A stretch of 64,000 bases of DNA from Candidatus Latescibacterota bacterium (GCA_965248265.1 CBDFJF010000001.1:1888001-1952000), one strand, 5' to 3'; positions 18,901 to 29,979 are shown, numbered from the stretch's first letter. A program made the numbers and translations. The notes: generated by a model not told the origin, from the letters alone.

Positions 18901-20108
18901 TAGTCCGCGTCGTCGAGCGCTTCCACGCCGGGTAGCGTCCGACCGGCCAGGCACTCCAGGGAAGCACCACCGCCTGTGGAAATATGGCTGACCTTGTTCG
19001 CGGCGACGCCGGCCTGGGCCGCAGCTGCGGCTGTGTCACCCCCACCGAGAATGGTAACGGCTCCTGCCTCCCACGTTGCCTGTTCCACGGTGCGGGCGAG
19101 TTTGAAAGTGGCGGCGGCGAACGGCTCTATCTCGAAAACACCGAGCGGACCGTTCCACAGCACCATACCGGCGCCGGACACCTTCTCACCAAAGATTCTG
19201 GTGGTCTCGGGACCGATATCCACGCCTTGCCAACCAGCGGGTATCGCATCATGGGCAACGATCTGGGTCTGTGCATTGGCGGCCATTCGGTCTGCGACTA
19301 CACAATCGATTGGCAACAGCAGCTCGACTTCGGTCTTTTCCTCCGCCCGCTTGAGTATGCTGGCGGCCACGTCGATGGCTTCATCCTCCAGCAATGAATC
19401 ACCGATGTCCAGTCCCATCGCTTTGAAAAAGGTGTACGCCATGCCGCCTCCGATCAGCAGGGTGTCCACCTTTTCAAGCATGCTCTCGATCACCTCCACC
19501 TTCCCGGAGACCTTGGCCCCACCGAGGATGGCGACGAACGGTCGTTGAGGATCCGCAAGAGCCTCGGTCAGGTACTTCAACTCCTTGGCCATCAAGTAAC
19601 CGCTGACACAGTCATCGAAGTAGTGAGTGATGCCTTCCGTAGAAGCGTGGGCACGGTGTGCAGTACCAAAAGCATCATTGACGAACACATCGCCGAGATC
19701 AGCCAAAGCGCGAGCAAACTCAGGATCGTTCGCTTCTTCCTCGGGATGAAATCGCATGTTTTCCAGAAGCAGTACCTGACCAGGCTTGAGATCACGCGCC
19801 ATGTGCTCGACCTCTTCCCCCACACAATCCGGAGCCAGATGCACGCTCGTGCCCAGCAGGTTGTGCAGCAGGTGGGCAATTGGAGCCAGCGACATGCCGG
19901 GTTGGCGTTGGCCCTTCGGCCGGCCCAGATGTGACATCAGCACCAGAGAGGCCCCATTCTCGAGCAAGTGCCACAGGGTCGGCAGGGCAGCCTGGATACG
20001 GGTGTCGTCGGTGATACTGCGATCCTCCGCTAGCGGGACATTGAAGTCGACACGAACCAGAACCTTCTTCGCTGCCACTTCGATGTCGTCGATCGTCTTC
20101 TTGGCCAT
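18900..20108 (-). CDS. pgk: Phosphoglycerate kinase
   Basis: VRVDFNVP, SHLGRP, NDAFGTAHRAHAS, GGAKVSGK, HISTGGGASL; start at MAKK. Confidence 0.98.
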   Translation of the reverse strand: MAKKTIDDIEVAAKKVLVRVDFNVPLAEDRSITDDTRIQAALPTLWHLLENGASLVLMSHLGRPKGQRQPGMSLAPIAHLLHNLLGTSVHLAPDCVGEEVEHMARDLKPGQVLLLENMRFHPEEEANDPEFARALADLGDVFVNDAFGTAHRAHASTEGITHYFDDCVSGYLMAKELKYLTEALADPQRPFVAILGGAKVSGKVEVIESMLEKVDTLLIGGGMAYTFFKAMGLDIGDSLLEDEAIDVAASILKRAEEKTEVELLLPIDCVVADRMAANAQTQIVAHDAIPAGWQGVDIGPETTRIFGEKVSGAGMVLWNGPLGVFEIEPFAAATFKLARTVEQATWEAGAVTILGGGDTAAAAAQAGVAANKVSHISTGGGASLECLAGRTLPGVEALDDAD

Positions 20109-20242
20109 GAGTCCAACCACCGTACCGCGCCCAAAAGAGAAGCAATACTTTAAAGGTGACAATCAGTGCCTATCATGACGCCCTGCAATCAATGTCCGCT
20201 TTGCAGGAATTCGCGTAAAGCTAACCGGGGCCTGAAATTAGG

Positions 20243-21073
20243 TCAAGACGCACTGGCCGCTACGATCCCCCAGACAGAGCGGGCACCCCCCTCTTTCAAC
20301 GCCCGGCCGCACGCGGCGATGGTAGCTCCGGTCGTCGAGACATCATCAACCAGTCCAATACGGAGCCCCACCGGCGCGCGGGCGCCGGGTTCAAAAGCAC
20401 CTCGCACATTCTCCATTCGGCCTTCGCCATCCATCTTGGCCTGCTGTTGTGTAGCCCGTGATCGCCTTACCAGGCCGCGGATCAGCGGTATCTCCAGTGC
20501 CTCTGCCAGCCCCTGTGCGATGCACAGACTCTGATTGTAACCACGTTCGCGCAATCTCGTCGGATGAAGGGGAACGGGGACCAGGACGTCGACCTGGTTG
20601 AGATCCTCGCGCAATGCTCGGCTCAAGCCAATATGGTACCCCAGCAATCTGGCAAGACGGCGTTTCCCCGCAAACTTGATCGCATGCACGAGGTCGGAAG
20701 AGATGTCGTCGAAGCGTGCCCATGCCAGGACCCGCTCCGGATCAGCCGACCACGATCGGCAGTTGGGACAACCGCTGGAATCATCGCTGGGTACCGCTGG
20801 TTCGGAGCCTGTTTGCTCTGGTGGCACGTAGCTGCAGCGTCGACAACGCTCGGGTGGCACCAGCGGCAAGCGATTCCAGCAGGCGGAGCACAGGTATTCC
20901 GTATCAGGTGTCAGCGGACACTCGCAGGCGATGCAGTGAGCGGGGTAGAAGAACCCGAGTGCAACCCGGGACATCGAGCGGTACCAGCGGCCGGGATGCT
21001 TTGCCGTAAACAACGGTAAGTCACTGCCTAACTGTGTCTGGATGGAGCCGGAAGTGTCACGCATGCTGCACAA
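20243..21073 (-). CDS. comF: ComF family protein (double zinc ribbon plus phosphoribosyltransferase)
   Basis: CxxC pairs, VPVPLH..RERGYNQS, LVDDVSTTGAT; start uncertain. Confidence 0.9.
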   Translation of the reverse strand: MCSMRDTSGSIQTQLGSDLPLFTAKHPGRWYRSMSRVALGFFYPAHCIACECPLTPDTEYLCSACWNRLPLVPPERCRRCSYVPPEQTGSEPAVPSDDSSGCPNCRSWSADPERVLAWARFDDISSDLVHAIKFAGKRRLARLLGYHIGLSRALREDLNQVDVLVPVPLHPTRLRERGYNQSLCIAQGLAEALEIPLIRGLVRRSRATQQQAKMDGEGRMENVRGAFEPGARAPVGLRIGLVDDVSTTGATIAACGRALKEGGARSVWGIVAASAS

Positions 21074-21220
21074 TCATCGGGCACACGGTTTTGAAGAGGG
21101 ACGCCGATCCGGGAGGCTTGCGGTGGATGAGGTGCCCGGTCACACGATCGGGATCTCAATATCCGTGCCAGCTGCCACACTCCCACAAGCGAGCGCCCGA
21201 CATGTGTATATAGGTACATG

Positions 21221-21256
21221 AAAAAGCCTGCACTCGACGAAGCCGGGTGCAGGGCA
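21221..21256 (-). terminator. Rho-independent terminator
   Basis: CCTGCAC...GTGCAGG stem followed by C and TTTTT on the minus strand, after the 21284..21451 ORF. Confidence 0.7.
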
Positions 21257-21283
21257 GGACTTGCTTGCTATCTGAATTGACGG

Positions 21284-21451
21284 TCAGGCTACCAGATCCA
21301 GGTGTTCCTCCTCTTCTGGATTCAGCGTGTGGTCACGGGAATCCTCAGACTCGTCCTTGCTCCTTTTGCGCTTGCGCCGTTGGTCTTCACGCTGTTGTTT
21401 CGACAGTGCGTCATTTGTGCGCAATATCGACGTATTGATCGGGTTGATCAT
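21284..21451 (-). CDS. Small charged 55-aa protein ending HLDLVA
   Basis: MINPINTSILRTNDALSKQQREDQRRKRKRSKDESEDSRDHTLNPEEEEHLDLVA; GGAGG RBS and its own terminator; not in the ORF track. Confidence 0.6.
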   Translation of the reverse strand: MINPINTSILRTNDALSKQQREDQRRKRKRSKDESEDSRDHTLNPEEEEHLDLVA

Positions 21452-21692
21452 GATGGTCGCGCCCTCCGTGGCACGTCACCCTGGTGCCACTGACACCGGA
21501 GTATCCGAAATCTCCATGACGGACGCGCCGGTCTCTGGCAACTCCAGTTGACCCTGCCGAGGTTAGCGCGTGCCCGTTCACTCCGAACCCACCTATTGAT
21601 ATTATCGGCCTTTTCTTTTTCATCTACACTACATTCTGCCTCGCCAACTCGTTGAGGGCCAGTGAGTTGAGCACCGGCACAAGAGAGAGACC

Positions 21693-24614
21693 ATGTTGAG
21701 AAACAAGCTGATCGGGTTGATCTGGGGGATCATCTTCGCAGGGTCGCTACCCGTATGCTCCGGCTACGAGCTGATTCACAAGCCGGAACCGAAGGATCCG
21801 ATGAAGGTCCACGTGTACCGGCTCGACAACGGCCTGACCGTGTACCTGACGGAGAACCATCAGAAACCCAGGTTCTATGCCGAGATCGCCGTGAGGGCCG
21901 GCAGCAAGCACGACCCTTCCGAAGCGACCGGCATTGCGCACTATCTCGAGCACATGCTGTTCAAGGGATCTCAGAAGATCGGAACTCTCGACTACGGAAA
22001 AGAGAGCGTTCATCTCGACAGCATCGAAACGTTGTACGAGCGTCACTTCAGGACGGCTGACGAGACTGAACGCAAGGCGATCTACGTGCTCATCGACGAT
22101 CAAAGCCAGCTGGCCGCTCAGCACGCCGTCCCCGGCGAGATCGACCGTTTGTACAACTCCATGGGAAGCAGGCGGATGAACGCCCATACGTGGGTGGAGG
22201 AGACGGTCTATAAGATCGACCTGCCGTCGAATCGCTTCACCCACTGGGCCAAAACCGAGGCCGAGCGTTTCTCGAAGCCGGTTTTTCGTCTGTTTCAGAC
22301 GGAGCTGGAGACGGTCTACGAAGAGAAGAACCGGTCGATGGACAATAAGGACCGGCTGATACGCAAAGCAGTCCATGGGATGTTGTACAAGCTCCATCCA
22401 TACGGACAGCGCACGACCTTGGGGTCAGTCGAGCATCTCAAGAATCCGTCTCTCAAACGGATGCGCGAGTACTACCAGACCTACTACGTGCCCAACAACA
22501 TGGCCGTGCTGGTCTCAGGCGACATAGATATAGCCCCAGCCATCGAACTCATCGATGCAGAGTTTTCTGCGTGGGAACCGAGTGAAATTCCCAAGGTCGT
22601 GCGGTGGAAGGAGCCCAAGCTGACGGAGAGAGAACATGTCAGTGTGAGCTATCCCGGCGAGGAATACGTCCTCCTAGCCTTTCGCACGGAGGCCAGCACC
22701 CACAAGAACACGGAGGCCCTGCAGGTTCTCGACATGATCCTGGACAATGCCACGGCCGGACTCATCAATATCAACCTCAACCAGAAACAGGCGGTGCGAC
22801 GGGCCGGCTCGTACACGACCTCGCACAGCAACCAGAACGACTACGGCGCCCAGTACCTGTGGGGAATCCCCAAACAGGACCAGTCGCTGGAGGAGGTGGA
22901 GGAACTCCTGCTCGACCAGATCGAACTGTTGCGCGACGGCGAGTTCGACGACTGGATCATTCCCGCCATCGTCACGGACTTCGACAAGTCCCGCAAGCGG
23001 GACCTGGAGGACAACGGCTCACGAGTGGCGATGATGCGCGACGCCTTCCTCTCTTTCAATCAGTGGGGCGCTGCCAGGCTCAAGGTCGAGCGCATGCGCA
23101 AAGTCAAAAAGGGCACTGTGAAAAAGATGGCTCGGAAGTATTTCAGTGACGGTTACGTCGTCGGCTTCCGTCGCCACGGCGAACCGGAGCTGCCGTCCAT
23201 CGAGAAACCCGAACTTCAATCCATAGACATCGAACCGGGGAGACAGTCCGTGTTTGCGGCTGAGATCATTGAGTTGCCGGTCGAAGACGTGGAGCCCGTG
23301 TTCATCATCCCCGGTCGCGACTTCACCGTGGAGGAGGTCGTCCCAGGGGTGCAGTTGTACTACGCCAAGAATCCCCTCAACGACTTGTTCACCTTCGATA
23401 TTTCAGTAGACGTCGGCACCATCGCCGATTCCATACTGTCGGTCAGCCGAGAGCTGATGGACAAATCTGGTACATCTGAGTTCACCGCTGAAGAGCTCAA
23501 GAAGGAGTGGTACCGACTGGGTACCGATTTCAAGTTCAACGTCGATGACTATGAGAGTACGGTCACGATGTCGGGTCTGGATGGGAATTTCGCTCGGTCC
23601 ATGGGCGTCGCCATGGATCTCTTGCGCCAACCGACGGCACCAGACTCTACCCTTGAGGAACTCATCCGCATCATCGTCGCACGCCGTCATGATCAGGTGA
23701 AGGACCACAACGCCATCAGCACGGCCCTCATCCGTTTCAACCGACATGGCGAGATGTCCGCATTTCGGCGCGCCATCTCCAACGCCGGATTGGGCCGCCT
23801 CAGCGTGGCCAGGCTACACGCCTCGGTACGACATCTTCTTTCCTACAAGCACACCATCAGCTATTCGGGATCACTGCCGGCTGAGAGAGTTCTGACTGAA
23901 CTGCGCAGATACTATCAAAACGTGGAAGCAGGCAGCCTGCGCGAACCACCTCCATTCCGCCCCCTGCTGATACGCGAGCCGGAAAGCTCACAGGTCTATT
24001 TCTTCAACAAGGAGATGGCACAGGCCCTCGTCCGCATCGAGAGCGGCGACGAACCCTACACTGAGACACGCCGGCCGGCCATCGACCTCTACAACGAATA
24101 CTTCGACGGCGGCATGTCCGGCATCGTCTTCCAGGAGCTGCGTGAGGCCCGGGCTCTGGCGTATTCGGCCGGCGCTCGGTACCTGCACGCCCACCGCGCC
24201 GACGACCCCAATCTGCTGGTGGGCGCAATCGGTTGCCAGGCGGACAAGACCCCGCAAGCGGTCGAAGCGTTCCTCGAGTTGCTCGACAACATGCCTGAAT
24301 CGACGGAGCGCTTTGAGGCGGCCAAAGCCGGCCTGATCAATCAGTACAGAACTTCCCGATTGGATTTCCGCACCATTCTCGGGGCAGTGAGAAAGTGGGA
24401 GCGCCAGCGGGTAGCCGTGGACCCACGGGCATGGCGCTTCGAGCAGATCCAGCGTGGCTCGTTGGAGGGACTGCTGGAATTCTATCGAGAACACATTCAG
24501 GGACGGCCGAAGCTGATCTCGATAGTGGGCGACAAGAGCAAGTTCGATTTGGCCAGCTTGGGACAATACGGGGAGATCGTTGAGTTATCGGTGGAGGATA
24601 TCTTCTCGTACTAG
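21693..24614 (+). CDS. M16 family (insulinase-like) zinc peptidase, exported
   Basis: Inverted motif HYLEH, LDNGL, YYVPNNM, ELREARALAYS; signal peptide. Confidence 0.93.
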   Translation: MLRNKLIGLIWGIIFAGSLPVCSGYELIHKPEPKDPMKVHVYRLDNGLTVYLTENHQKPRFYAEIAVRAGSKHDPSEATGIAHYLEHMLFKGSQKIGTLDYGKESVHLDSIETLYERHFRTADETERKAIYVLIDDQSQLAAQHAVPGEIDRLYNSMGSRRMNAHTWVEETVYKIDLPSNRFTHWAKTEAERFSKPVFRLFQTELETVYEEKNRSMDNKDRLIRKAVHGMLYKLHPYGQRTTLGSVEHLKNPSLKRMREYYQTYYVPNNMAVLVSGDIDIAPAIELIDAEFSAWEPSEIPKVVRWKEPKLTEREHVSVSYPGEEYVLLAFRTEASTHKNTEALQVLDMILDNATAGLININLNQKQAVRRAGSYTTSHSNQNDYGAQYLWGIPKQDQSLEEVEELLLDQIELLRDGEFDDWIIPAIVTDFDKSRKRDLEDNGSRVAMMRDAFLSFNQWGAARLKVERMRKVKKGTVKKMARKYFSDGYVVGFRRHGEPELPSIEKPELQSIDIEPGRQSVFAAEIIELPVEDVEPVFIIPGRDFTVEEVVPGVQLYYAKNPLNDLFTFDISVDVGTIADSILSVSRELMDKSGTSEFTAEELKKEWYRLGTDFKFNVDDYESTVTMSGLDGNFARSMGVAMDLLRQPTAPDSTLEELIRIIVARRHDQVKDHNAISTALIRFNRHGEMSAFRRAISNAGLGRLSVARLHASVRHLLSYKHTISYSGSLPAERVLTELRRYYQNVEAGSLREPPPFRPLLIREPESSQVYFFNKEMAQALVRIESGDEPYTETRRPAIDLYNEYFDGGMSGIVFQELREARALAYSAGARYLHAHRADDPNLLVGAIGCQADKTPQAVEAFLELLDNMPESTERFEAAKAGLINQYRTSRLDFRTILGAVRKWERQRVAVDPRAWRFEQIQRGSLEGLLEFYREHIQGRPKLISIVGDKSKFDLASLGQYGEIVELSVEDIFSY

Positions 24615-24791
24615 TGCCTGCTCGGTTCTGGTGATCTGCTCTGTAGAGATCTGCACACATCGATGGGAGTAATTCGTAACGGCAAACGGTCGCGATTCTG
24701 CTCGTCTGCCTCGCCTTGCCTGAGCATGCTGCGCCCCATCATCCTCGGCACAGTATGTGCAGTGTAAACGACGACGGCAGCCTCTGGAGGA

Positions 24792-27560
24792 GTGATGTTG
24801 CGGATACTCCGATCCGGGAACCCCGATCCGGGAACCCCGACCCGGGAATCCCGACCTGATGATGGACAACTTGACATGGAGTTCTCATCCGGGCCGCTTT
24901 CAGCGCTCGGATCCAGCTCAGGCGCCTGGAAGGCCCGCATAACAGCCACGGCGTTCGAGTGCAAGAAGAGCGACCGGGACACCCACTTCCCCCTCAAATC
25001 AATCACTCGCATCCAGTGCTCAACCGGTCTGGTGTGGGCTGACATCGAGATCTGCTGTGATGCGGAATCGCTGCGACTCGCAGGAATCTCCATCAATTCC
25101 GCGCGACGGCTGGCTCAGACGCTACAGGAGCGGGTGGCGGAAATCTTGCTGTCTCTGCTGGAGCCCCACAGGGCAAGCCTGTCGAGCTTGTGGCACGCCT
25201 ATACCGAACTCCTGAAGGCACCACACTATCTCGCTCATTCTGATCTCGAAGAATGGCGGCGCGTCAACGAAGCGCTCCATCGCACATCCCTCCGTGGCAT
25301 CACGGACCTGGTCGAACACCCGCTGCTCCCCTGTGACTCGTTTCCGGACGACCTGGTCGATCAAGCGCGGACTGTGATGGCGGCAATGTCCGGCAAGTCC
25401 GAGGTGCTCGAGAACCGAAACGAGCACTATCTCCAGCAGGAGATGATTCGGTATCAGGGCTTCTTCGACTCGGTCGAAAGTACACCGCTGACGCCCGAAC
25501 AACGCCGTGCCTCAATCATAATGGAGGATCGCAATCTGCTGGTAGCCTCGGCTGGCTCGGGCAAAACCTCGACCGTCGTAGGCAAGACCGGGTATGCCTT
25601 GCTGCGCAAACTGGTAACACCGCGGGAAATCCTCGTCGTGGCGTTCAACGCGCACGCTGCCAGGGAACTCGAGGAGCGCGTCCACGAGCGCTTGCAACCC
25701 TGGATAGCAGAACCTCTCTCGATCAAGGTGAAGACCTTTCACGCACTCGGCCTGGAGATTATCGCCGCCGTCGAAGGTGCCAGACCAGCGATAGCAGCGG
25801 ACGGTGATGGGGATGGTGTGACAGGTGAAGTCATCACGGATTTGCTGGTAACGGATGCTGAATTCGCCGCAGCTTGGGTGCGGTTCCACGCCCTCTATCG
25901 CGACAGCGCGATTGACCCGGAGGTCTTTGAGTCGGCTCAGGCCTGGCGCAGGTATGTGAAGGATCATGGAGAATACGAGAACGGGCTACATGGGTTTCGC
26001 ACACTGTGTGGCGACCTGGCTGGATCACCCTCAGAATGCGCCATCGCCAATTGGCTCTACCTGAATGGGGTGGAATACGTCCACGCACACTCCCTCGAGT
26101 CCCTGCCATGTTATCCTGGAATCTACCTGCCTGCAGTAGATACCTACATCGTGATTCAGACCTCGGAAGTCTCTGGCAAACCGGCGATCTGGCACCGGGT
26201 CCGTCGGGCTTGGGCACGCGCGAAGTCTCGAAAAAGGCCGCGGGCCATCGAAACCTCGTTTCCGGAGTATTTGTCTGGTGTGCTCTTTTCGAAACTTGAG
26301 AAGGAACTCGTCAACCGGGGGATCTCATTCAAACAGCTGCCCGTAGAGCAGGCGATGGATCAAATTGGCGAAGTCCAGGAACGACGCGGGGAAGTTACAT
26401 CGCAGTTGCTTCAAACATTCGTCAAACACGCCAGAGCCAGGCAGATGACGCCCACGGCGCTGGAAGCGGCGGCGGCGAGTCATTCCCAGCCGGCACGAGC
26501 CTGGCTGTTCGCCCGCATCGCTGGCCGTGTGGTGGATCAGTATGCTTCCAGACTTCGGGCCAGCGGCACGGTCGACTTCGGGGACATGATACTGAAGGCC
26601 GCTCGCTTTGCTGACGATGGACGCTACCGTCATCCCTTTCGCCTTATTCTGGTGGACAAGTTTCAGGACATATCCCGGGACCGGGCCGCACTGCTCCTCG
26701 GACTGTTGAAGCACACCCCTGACGCCAAGCTGTTTGCCGTGGGCGACGACTGGCAATCCATCTATCGGTTTGCCGGATCGGACATCAGTCTGTTCACCGG
26801 ATTCGAAGCGCACTTCGGCAAGACGGCAGTCAACTACCTGACCAGAACCTTTCGATCCAATCAAGGCATCGCGGAAACGGCGGCGCGTTTTGTGCAGAGG
26901 AACAACGCCCAGATGCACAAGCAGGTCGTGGCCGCCGATCAGACCAGCCAGGACACGCTCGTCGTTCGCCGCCACCAGCGCCGGAACCACCTGGCCCGAT
27001 ATGTCGAAGCCTGTCTGGAAGAGATGGCGCAAGAGACCGTGGATGCCGGTGAGCAGCGAACGGTGTACATCCTCGGACGCTACAGACGCCAGACCCCCGC
27101 AAGCCTGACGAACTGGAACCCCCGTTACCAACCGGCACTTCAGATCGAGTTCATGACGATGCATAGCTCCAAGGGGCTGCAGGCCGATTACGTCATCGTC
27201 GTCGGCCTCCAGGCTGAAGAATTCCCCTCGGAGAGGGTTGATGATCCGCTCCTTCACCTGGTGATGCCCGAACCCGAGACCTATCCACACGCCGAAGAAC
27301 GGAGGTTGTTCTATGTCGCCCTGACCCGAGCGCGGCACCGCGTCTACCTGCTCGGAAGCAAGGGATCTCCTTCTTGCTTTGTGACGGAGTTGGTCAACGG
27401 GGATGGAGGCTGTGCGCTACGGATCGCGGATGAATTAAAGGGTGACAGAATCTGTCCCCGGTGCGGATTGGGGACGCTGACACTTCGGAACGGGGCCCAT
27501 GGTCCATTCTTCGGATGCTCGGAGTTCCCGGTATGCAGGTACACACGAAGGGGGCTGTGA
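24792..27560 (+). CDS. UvrD-family SF1A helicase (DNA helicase IV/HelD-like) with C-terminal topoisomerase-type C4 zinc finger
   Basis: ASAGSGKT, TFHALG, LVDKFQD, VGDDWQSIYRF, TMHSSKGLQ, EERRLFYVALTRA, CPRCG..GPFFGCSEFPVC; start uncertain. Confidence 0.9.
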   Translation: MMLRILRSGNPDPGTPTRESRPDDGQLDMEFSSGPLSALGSSSGAWKARITATAFECKKSDRDTHFPLKSITRIQCSTGLVWADIEICCDAESLRLAGISINSARRLAQTLQERVAEILLSLLEPHRASLSSLWHAYTELLKAPHYLAHSDLEEWRRVNEALHRTSLRGITDLVEHPLLPCDSFPDDLVDQARTVMAAMSGKSEVLENRNEHYLQQEMIRYQGFFDSVESTPLTPEQRRASIIMEDRNLLVASAGSGKTSTVVGKTGYALLRKLVTPREILVVAFNAHAARELEERVHERLQPWIAEPLSIKVKTFHALGLEIIAAVEGARPAIAADGDGDGVTGEVITDLLVTDAEFAAAWVRFHALYRDSAIDPEVFESAQAWRRYVKDHGEYENGLHGFRTLCGDLAGSPSECAIANWLYLNGVEYVHAHSLESLPCYPGIYLPAVDTYIVIQTSEVSGKPAIWHRVRRAWARAKSRKRPRAIETSFPEYLSGVLFSKLEKELVNRGISFKQLPVEQAMDQIGEVQERRGEVTSQLLQTFVKHARARQMTPTALEAAAASHSQPARAWLFARIAGRVVDQYASRLRASGTVDFGDMILKAARFADDGRYRHPFRLILVDKFQDISRDRAALLLGLLKHTPDAKLFAVGDDWQSIYRFAGSDISLFTGFEAHFGKTAVNYLTRTFRSNQGIAETAARFVQRNNAQMHKQVVAADQTSQDTLVVRRHQRRNHLARYVEACLEEMAQETVDAGEQRTVYILGRYRRQTPASLTNWNPRYQPALQIEFMTMHSSKGLQADYVIVVGLQAEEFPSERVDDPLLHLVMPEPETYPHAEERRLFYVALTRARHRVYLLGSKGSPSCFVTELVNGDGGCALRIADELKGDRICPRCGLGTLTLRNGAHGPFFGCSEFPVCRYTRRGL
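24809..24856. repeat. 14-bp tandem repeat x3.4
   Basis: CCGATCCGGGAACC, CCGATCCGGGAACC, CCGACCCGGGAATC, CCGACC. Confidence 0.85.
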
Positions 27561-27572
27561 CACACACAATGC

Positions 27573-27608
27573 AAAAGGGGATCCGGTATTCCACCCGAGT
27601 CCCCTTTT
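27573..27608. terminator. Bidirectional terminator, probably the displaced tRNA-Met terminator
   Basis: AAAAGGGGA...TCCCCTTTT hairpin immediately outside the att duplicate. Confidence 0.7.
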
Positions 27609-27654
27609 CGTGTTGGTAGCGGCTGAGGGATTCTGGCGTTTCCTGTCCTGCTAA

Positions 27655-28785
27655 CTACAGGCCCTTCCGCCAGACCACGTTGTTGACGTAGTCGGTGTAG
27701 CTCAAAATGATCCGGAGAACTTTCTCGGACACATTCGACACATCATAGTCATCAGGGATACGCACCACACGCGAATCACCAGATGGTTGAGTCTCCAGCA
27801 CCGCGAGCCCTTCCTGCACACGCGTCCATTCCAACCCAACCATCATCACTGCACCCTCTTCCATGCCCTCGGGTCGTTCGTGAGCCTGGCGGATGTTGAG
27901 AGCCGGAAAATTCAGAATCGAGGACTCCTCCGTGATCGTGCCACTGTCTGACAGCACGGCGCGGGCGCACGACTGCAACTTCACGTAATCGCAATAGCCG
28001 AACGGCTTCATCAGCTCTACAGCCGCGGGTAGTTCTGTCTGGTTTTCCTCAAGGCGTTTACGCGTCCGCGGGTGTGTCGAGACGATTACGCGCCTGCCGC
28101 TCTCAGCCAGTCCGCACAGGACCTCGACCAGACCAGACATCTGGGCGCGCACGTCAACGTTTTCCTCGCGGTGTGCGCTAACTATGTAGTACTCGTCTGC
28201 TTTCAATTCCAACCGTCCGAGGATGTCTGACTTGTCAATCTTTGGTCGGTAGTATTGCAGCACTTCGTACATCGGGCTCCCTGTCGTGATAATTCGATCA
28301 GGGGGCAATCCCTCTCGCAGCAGGTACTGACGCGCTATCGCTGAATAAGGCAGGTTGATGTCGCTGATATGATCGACGATACGCCGATTCACCTCTTCGG
28401 GCACGCGTTGATCGAAGCAGCGATTGCCCGCCTCCATGTGGAAGATCGGGATCTGCTGACGCTTGGCTGCGATGGCGGCCAGGCAACTGTTGGTGTCGCC
28501 GAGGATGAGTACCGCATCCGGCCGGACTTCCCTCAAGGTTGCATCAGCCCGGGCGATCACCAGCCCAATGGTCTCGGCCGGACTGGTCCCGGCCGCCTCC
28601 AGAAGGAAGTCAGGCTGGCGAATCTCGAGATCTTCAAAGAATATCTGGTTCAACTCGTAGTCGTAGTTCTGGCCAGTATGGATTATAGTCTGCTTAAAAC
28701 TCGCCTCGTTTCTGTCCAGTGCAGCCATCACCCGCGACAGACGGATGATTTCTGGCCGCGTCCCCACGACTGTGGCAATCTTCAC
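27655..28785 (-). CDS. fnlC: Non-hydrolysing UDP-N-acetylhexosamine 2-epimerase, FnlC/WbjD/CapG type
   Basis: [50 protein letters not shown]. Confidence 0.9.
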   Translation of the reverse strand: MKIATVVGTRPEIIRLSRVMAALDRNEASFKQTIIHTGQNYDYELNQIFFEDLEIRQPDFLLEAAGTSPAETIGLVIARADATLREVRPDAVLILGDTNSCLAAIAAKRQQIPIFHMEAGNRCFDQRVPEEVNRRIVDHISDINLPYSAIARQYLLREGLPPDRIITTGSPMYEVLQYYRPKIDKSDILGRLELKADEYYIVSAHREENVDVRAQMSGLVEVLCGLAESGRRVIVSTHPRTRKRLEENQTELPAAVELMKPFGYCDYVKLQSCARAVLSDSGTITEESSILNFPALNIRQAHERPEGMEEGAVMMVGLEWTRVQEGLAVLETQPSGDSRVVRIPDDYDVSNVSEKVLRIILSYTDYVNNVVWRKGL

Positions 28786-29905
28786 TCTTCGTCCTCCTGC
28801 ACCTTCGCAGCATACGTGTCTGGCCGAGCAGGATCGAACTCCTCGCTTGCCCAGAACAGGGTGATCAGATCTTCAGTTCCCACATTTTCAATGGAATGCG
28901 CAAATCCAGGCGGAATTTCGACGACGCGCATGTGCGCTCCCCTTACCTCATACTTGGTCACGTCCTGGCTCCCAAGCCGCCGGATCCGGATCACAGCCTC
29001 ACCCGCAAGCAACAGGAATTTTTCGGTCTTTGTATGGTGGTAGTGATTCCCGCGAACAATTCCCGGTGCGGTGCGTGACACAAAGAACTGTCCGAAACTC
29101 TGTCCCTTCGCTATTTCCGCCAGAACGCCACGCCTGTCACTCTTCTCATCCAGACCGTACATCAGATCATCCACCGGCACGTACGACAAGTACGTGGCGT
29201 GGAGCTTTCTGGCAAACGAATCCCGCAGATCAGGTGGGCGGACCGTTTGCCGCACCTCCTCAAACCCACGAATCTGTGCCAACAGCCCGCCTAGGTTCAC
29301 CTCGTACACCGGCTCCACATCACGCCAAACCAGGTCACTCTCTTGCCGGCATTCGAGCTCGCCCAACAGTCGCTGAACCAGGTCGTCGACGTAAATCAGT
29401 TCCAGCGACAACTCCGGATCTGAGACCGTAACAGGAAGGTCGCGAGCCACATTGTGACAAAACGTCGCCACCACCGAGTTGTAGTTTGGCCGACACCACT
29501 TTCCAAACACGTTCTTGAACCGATATATGGCCACATGGGCGCCGGAGCGCTCGCGGTACGTCCCTACGATCTCCTCCGCCTCCCGCTTGCTGATGCCATA
29601 CGGATTCTCCGCCGCCGCCTGGGTCGATGAGGCCAGCACCACCGGCACCGCCTGCCCGCGCTCCTGTAGCAACCGGCAAATATGTGCCGTCAGTTCAACG
29701 TTCACGTTGCGAAATTCTGCTTCATCATCCGGTCTGTTCACGCCGGCCAGGTGGAACACGAAGTCAGCCTTGGTCAAGGCTGCCTCAAGATCACGTGGTT
29801 TGTGGCTCCGGTCGATTGTCGAGATCTCGCAGTCGGGCACCTGCGCAAGCCACGCCATCAGGTTCTGACCAATGAAGCCTTTCGCACCCGTGACTAATAC
29901 TTCCA
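28782..29905 (-). CDS. fnlB: FnlB/WbjC/CapF reductase with C-terminal cupin domain
   Basis: [49 protein letters not shown]; start approximate. Confidence 0.9.
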
Positions 29906-29979
29906 CGACGCGCCTCTCGCCACAGGCAGCCAACAAGTCTGCATCGAGCTACTCTGACTTCCCTTCATGGCAGTCGATG

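Noticed and set aside
20108-20243. No gap gene upstream of pgk-tpiA
   Set aside because: Splitting of the gap-pgk-tpi operon is common; comF next to it is not informative.
26325-27338. 337-aa minus-strand ORF
   Set aside because: Antisense shadow of the helicase, typical of high-GC codon usage.
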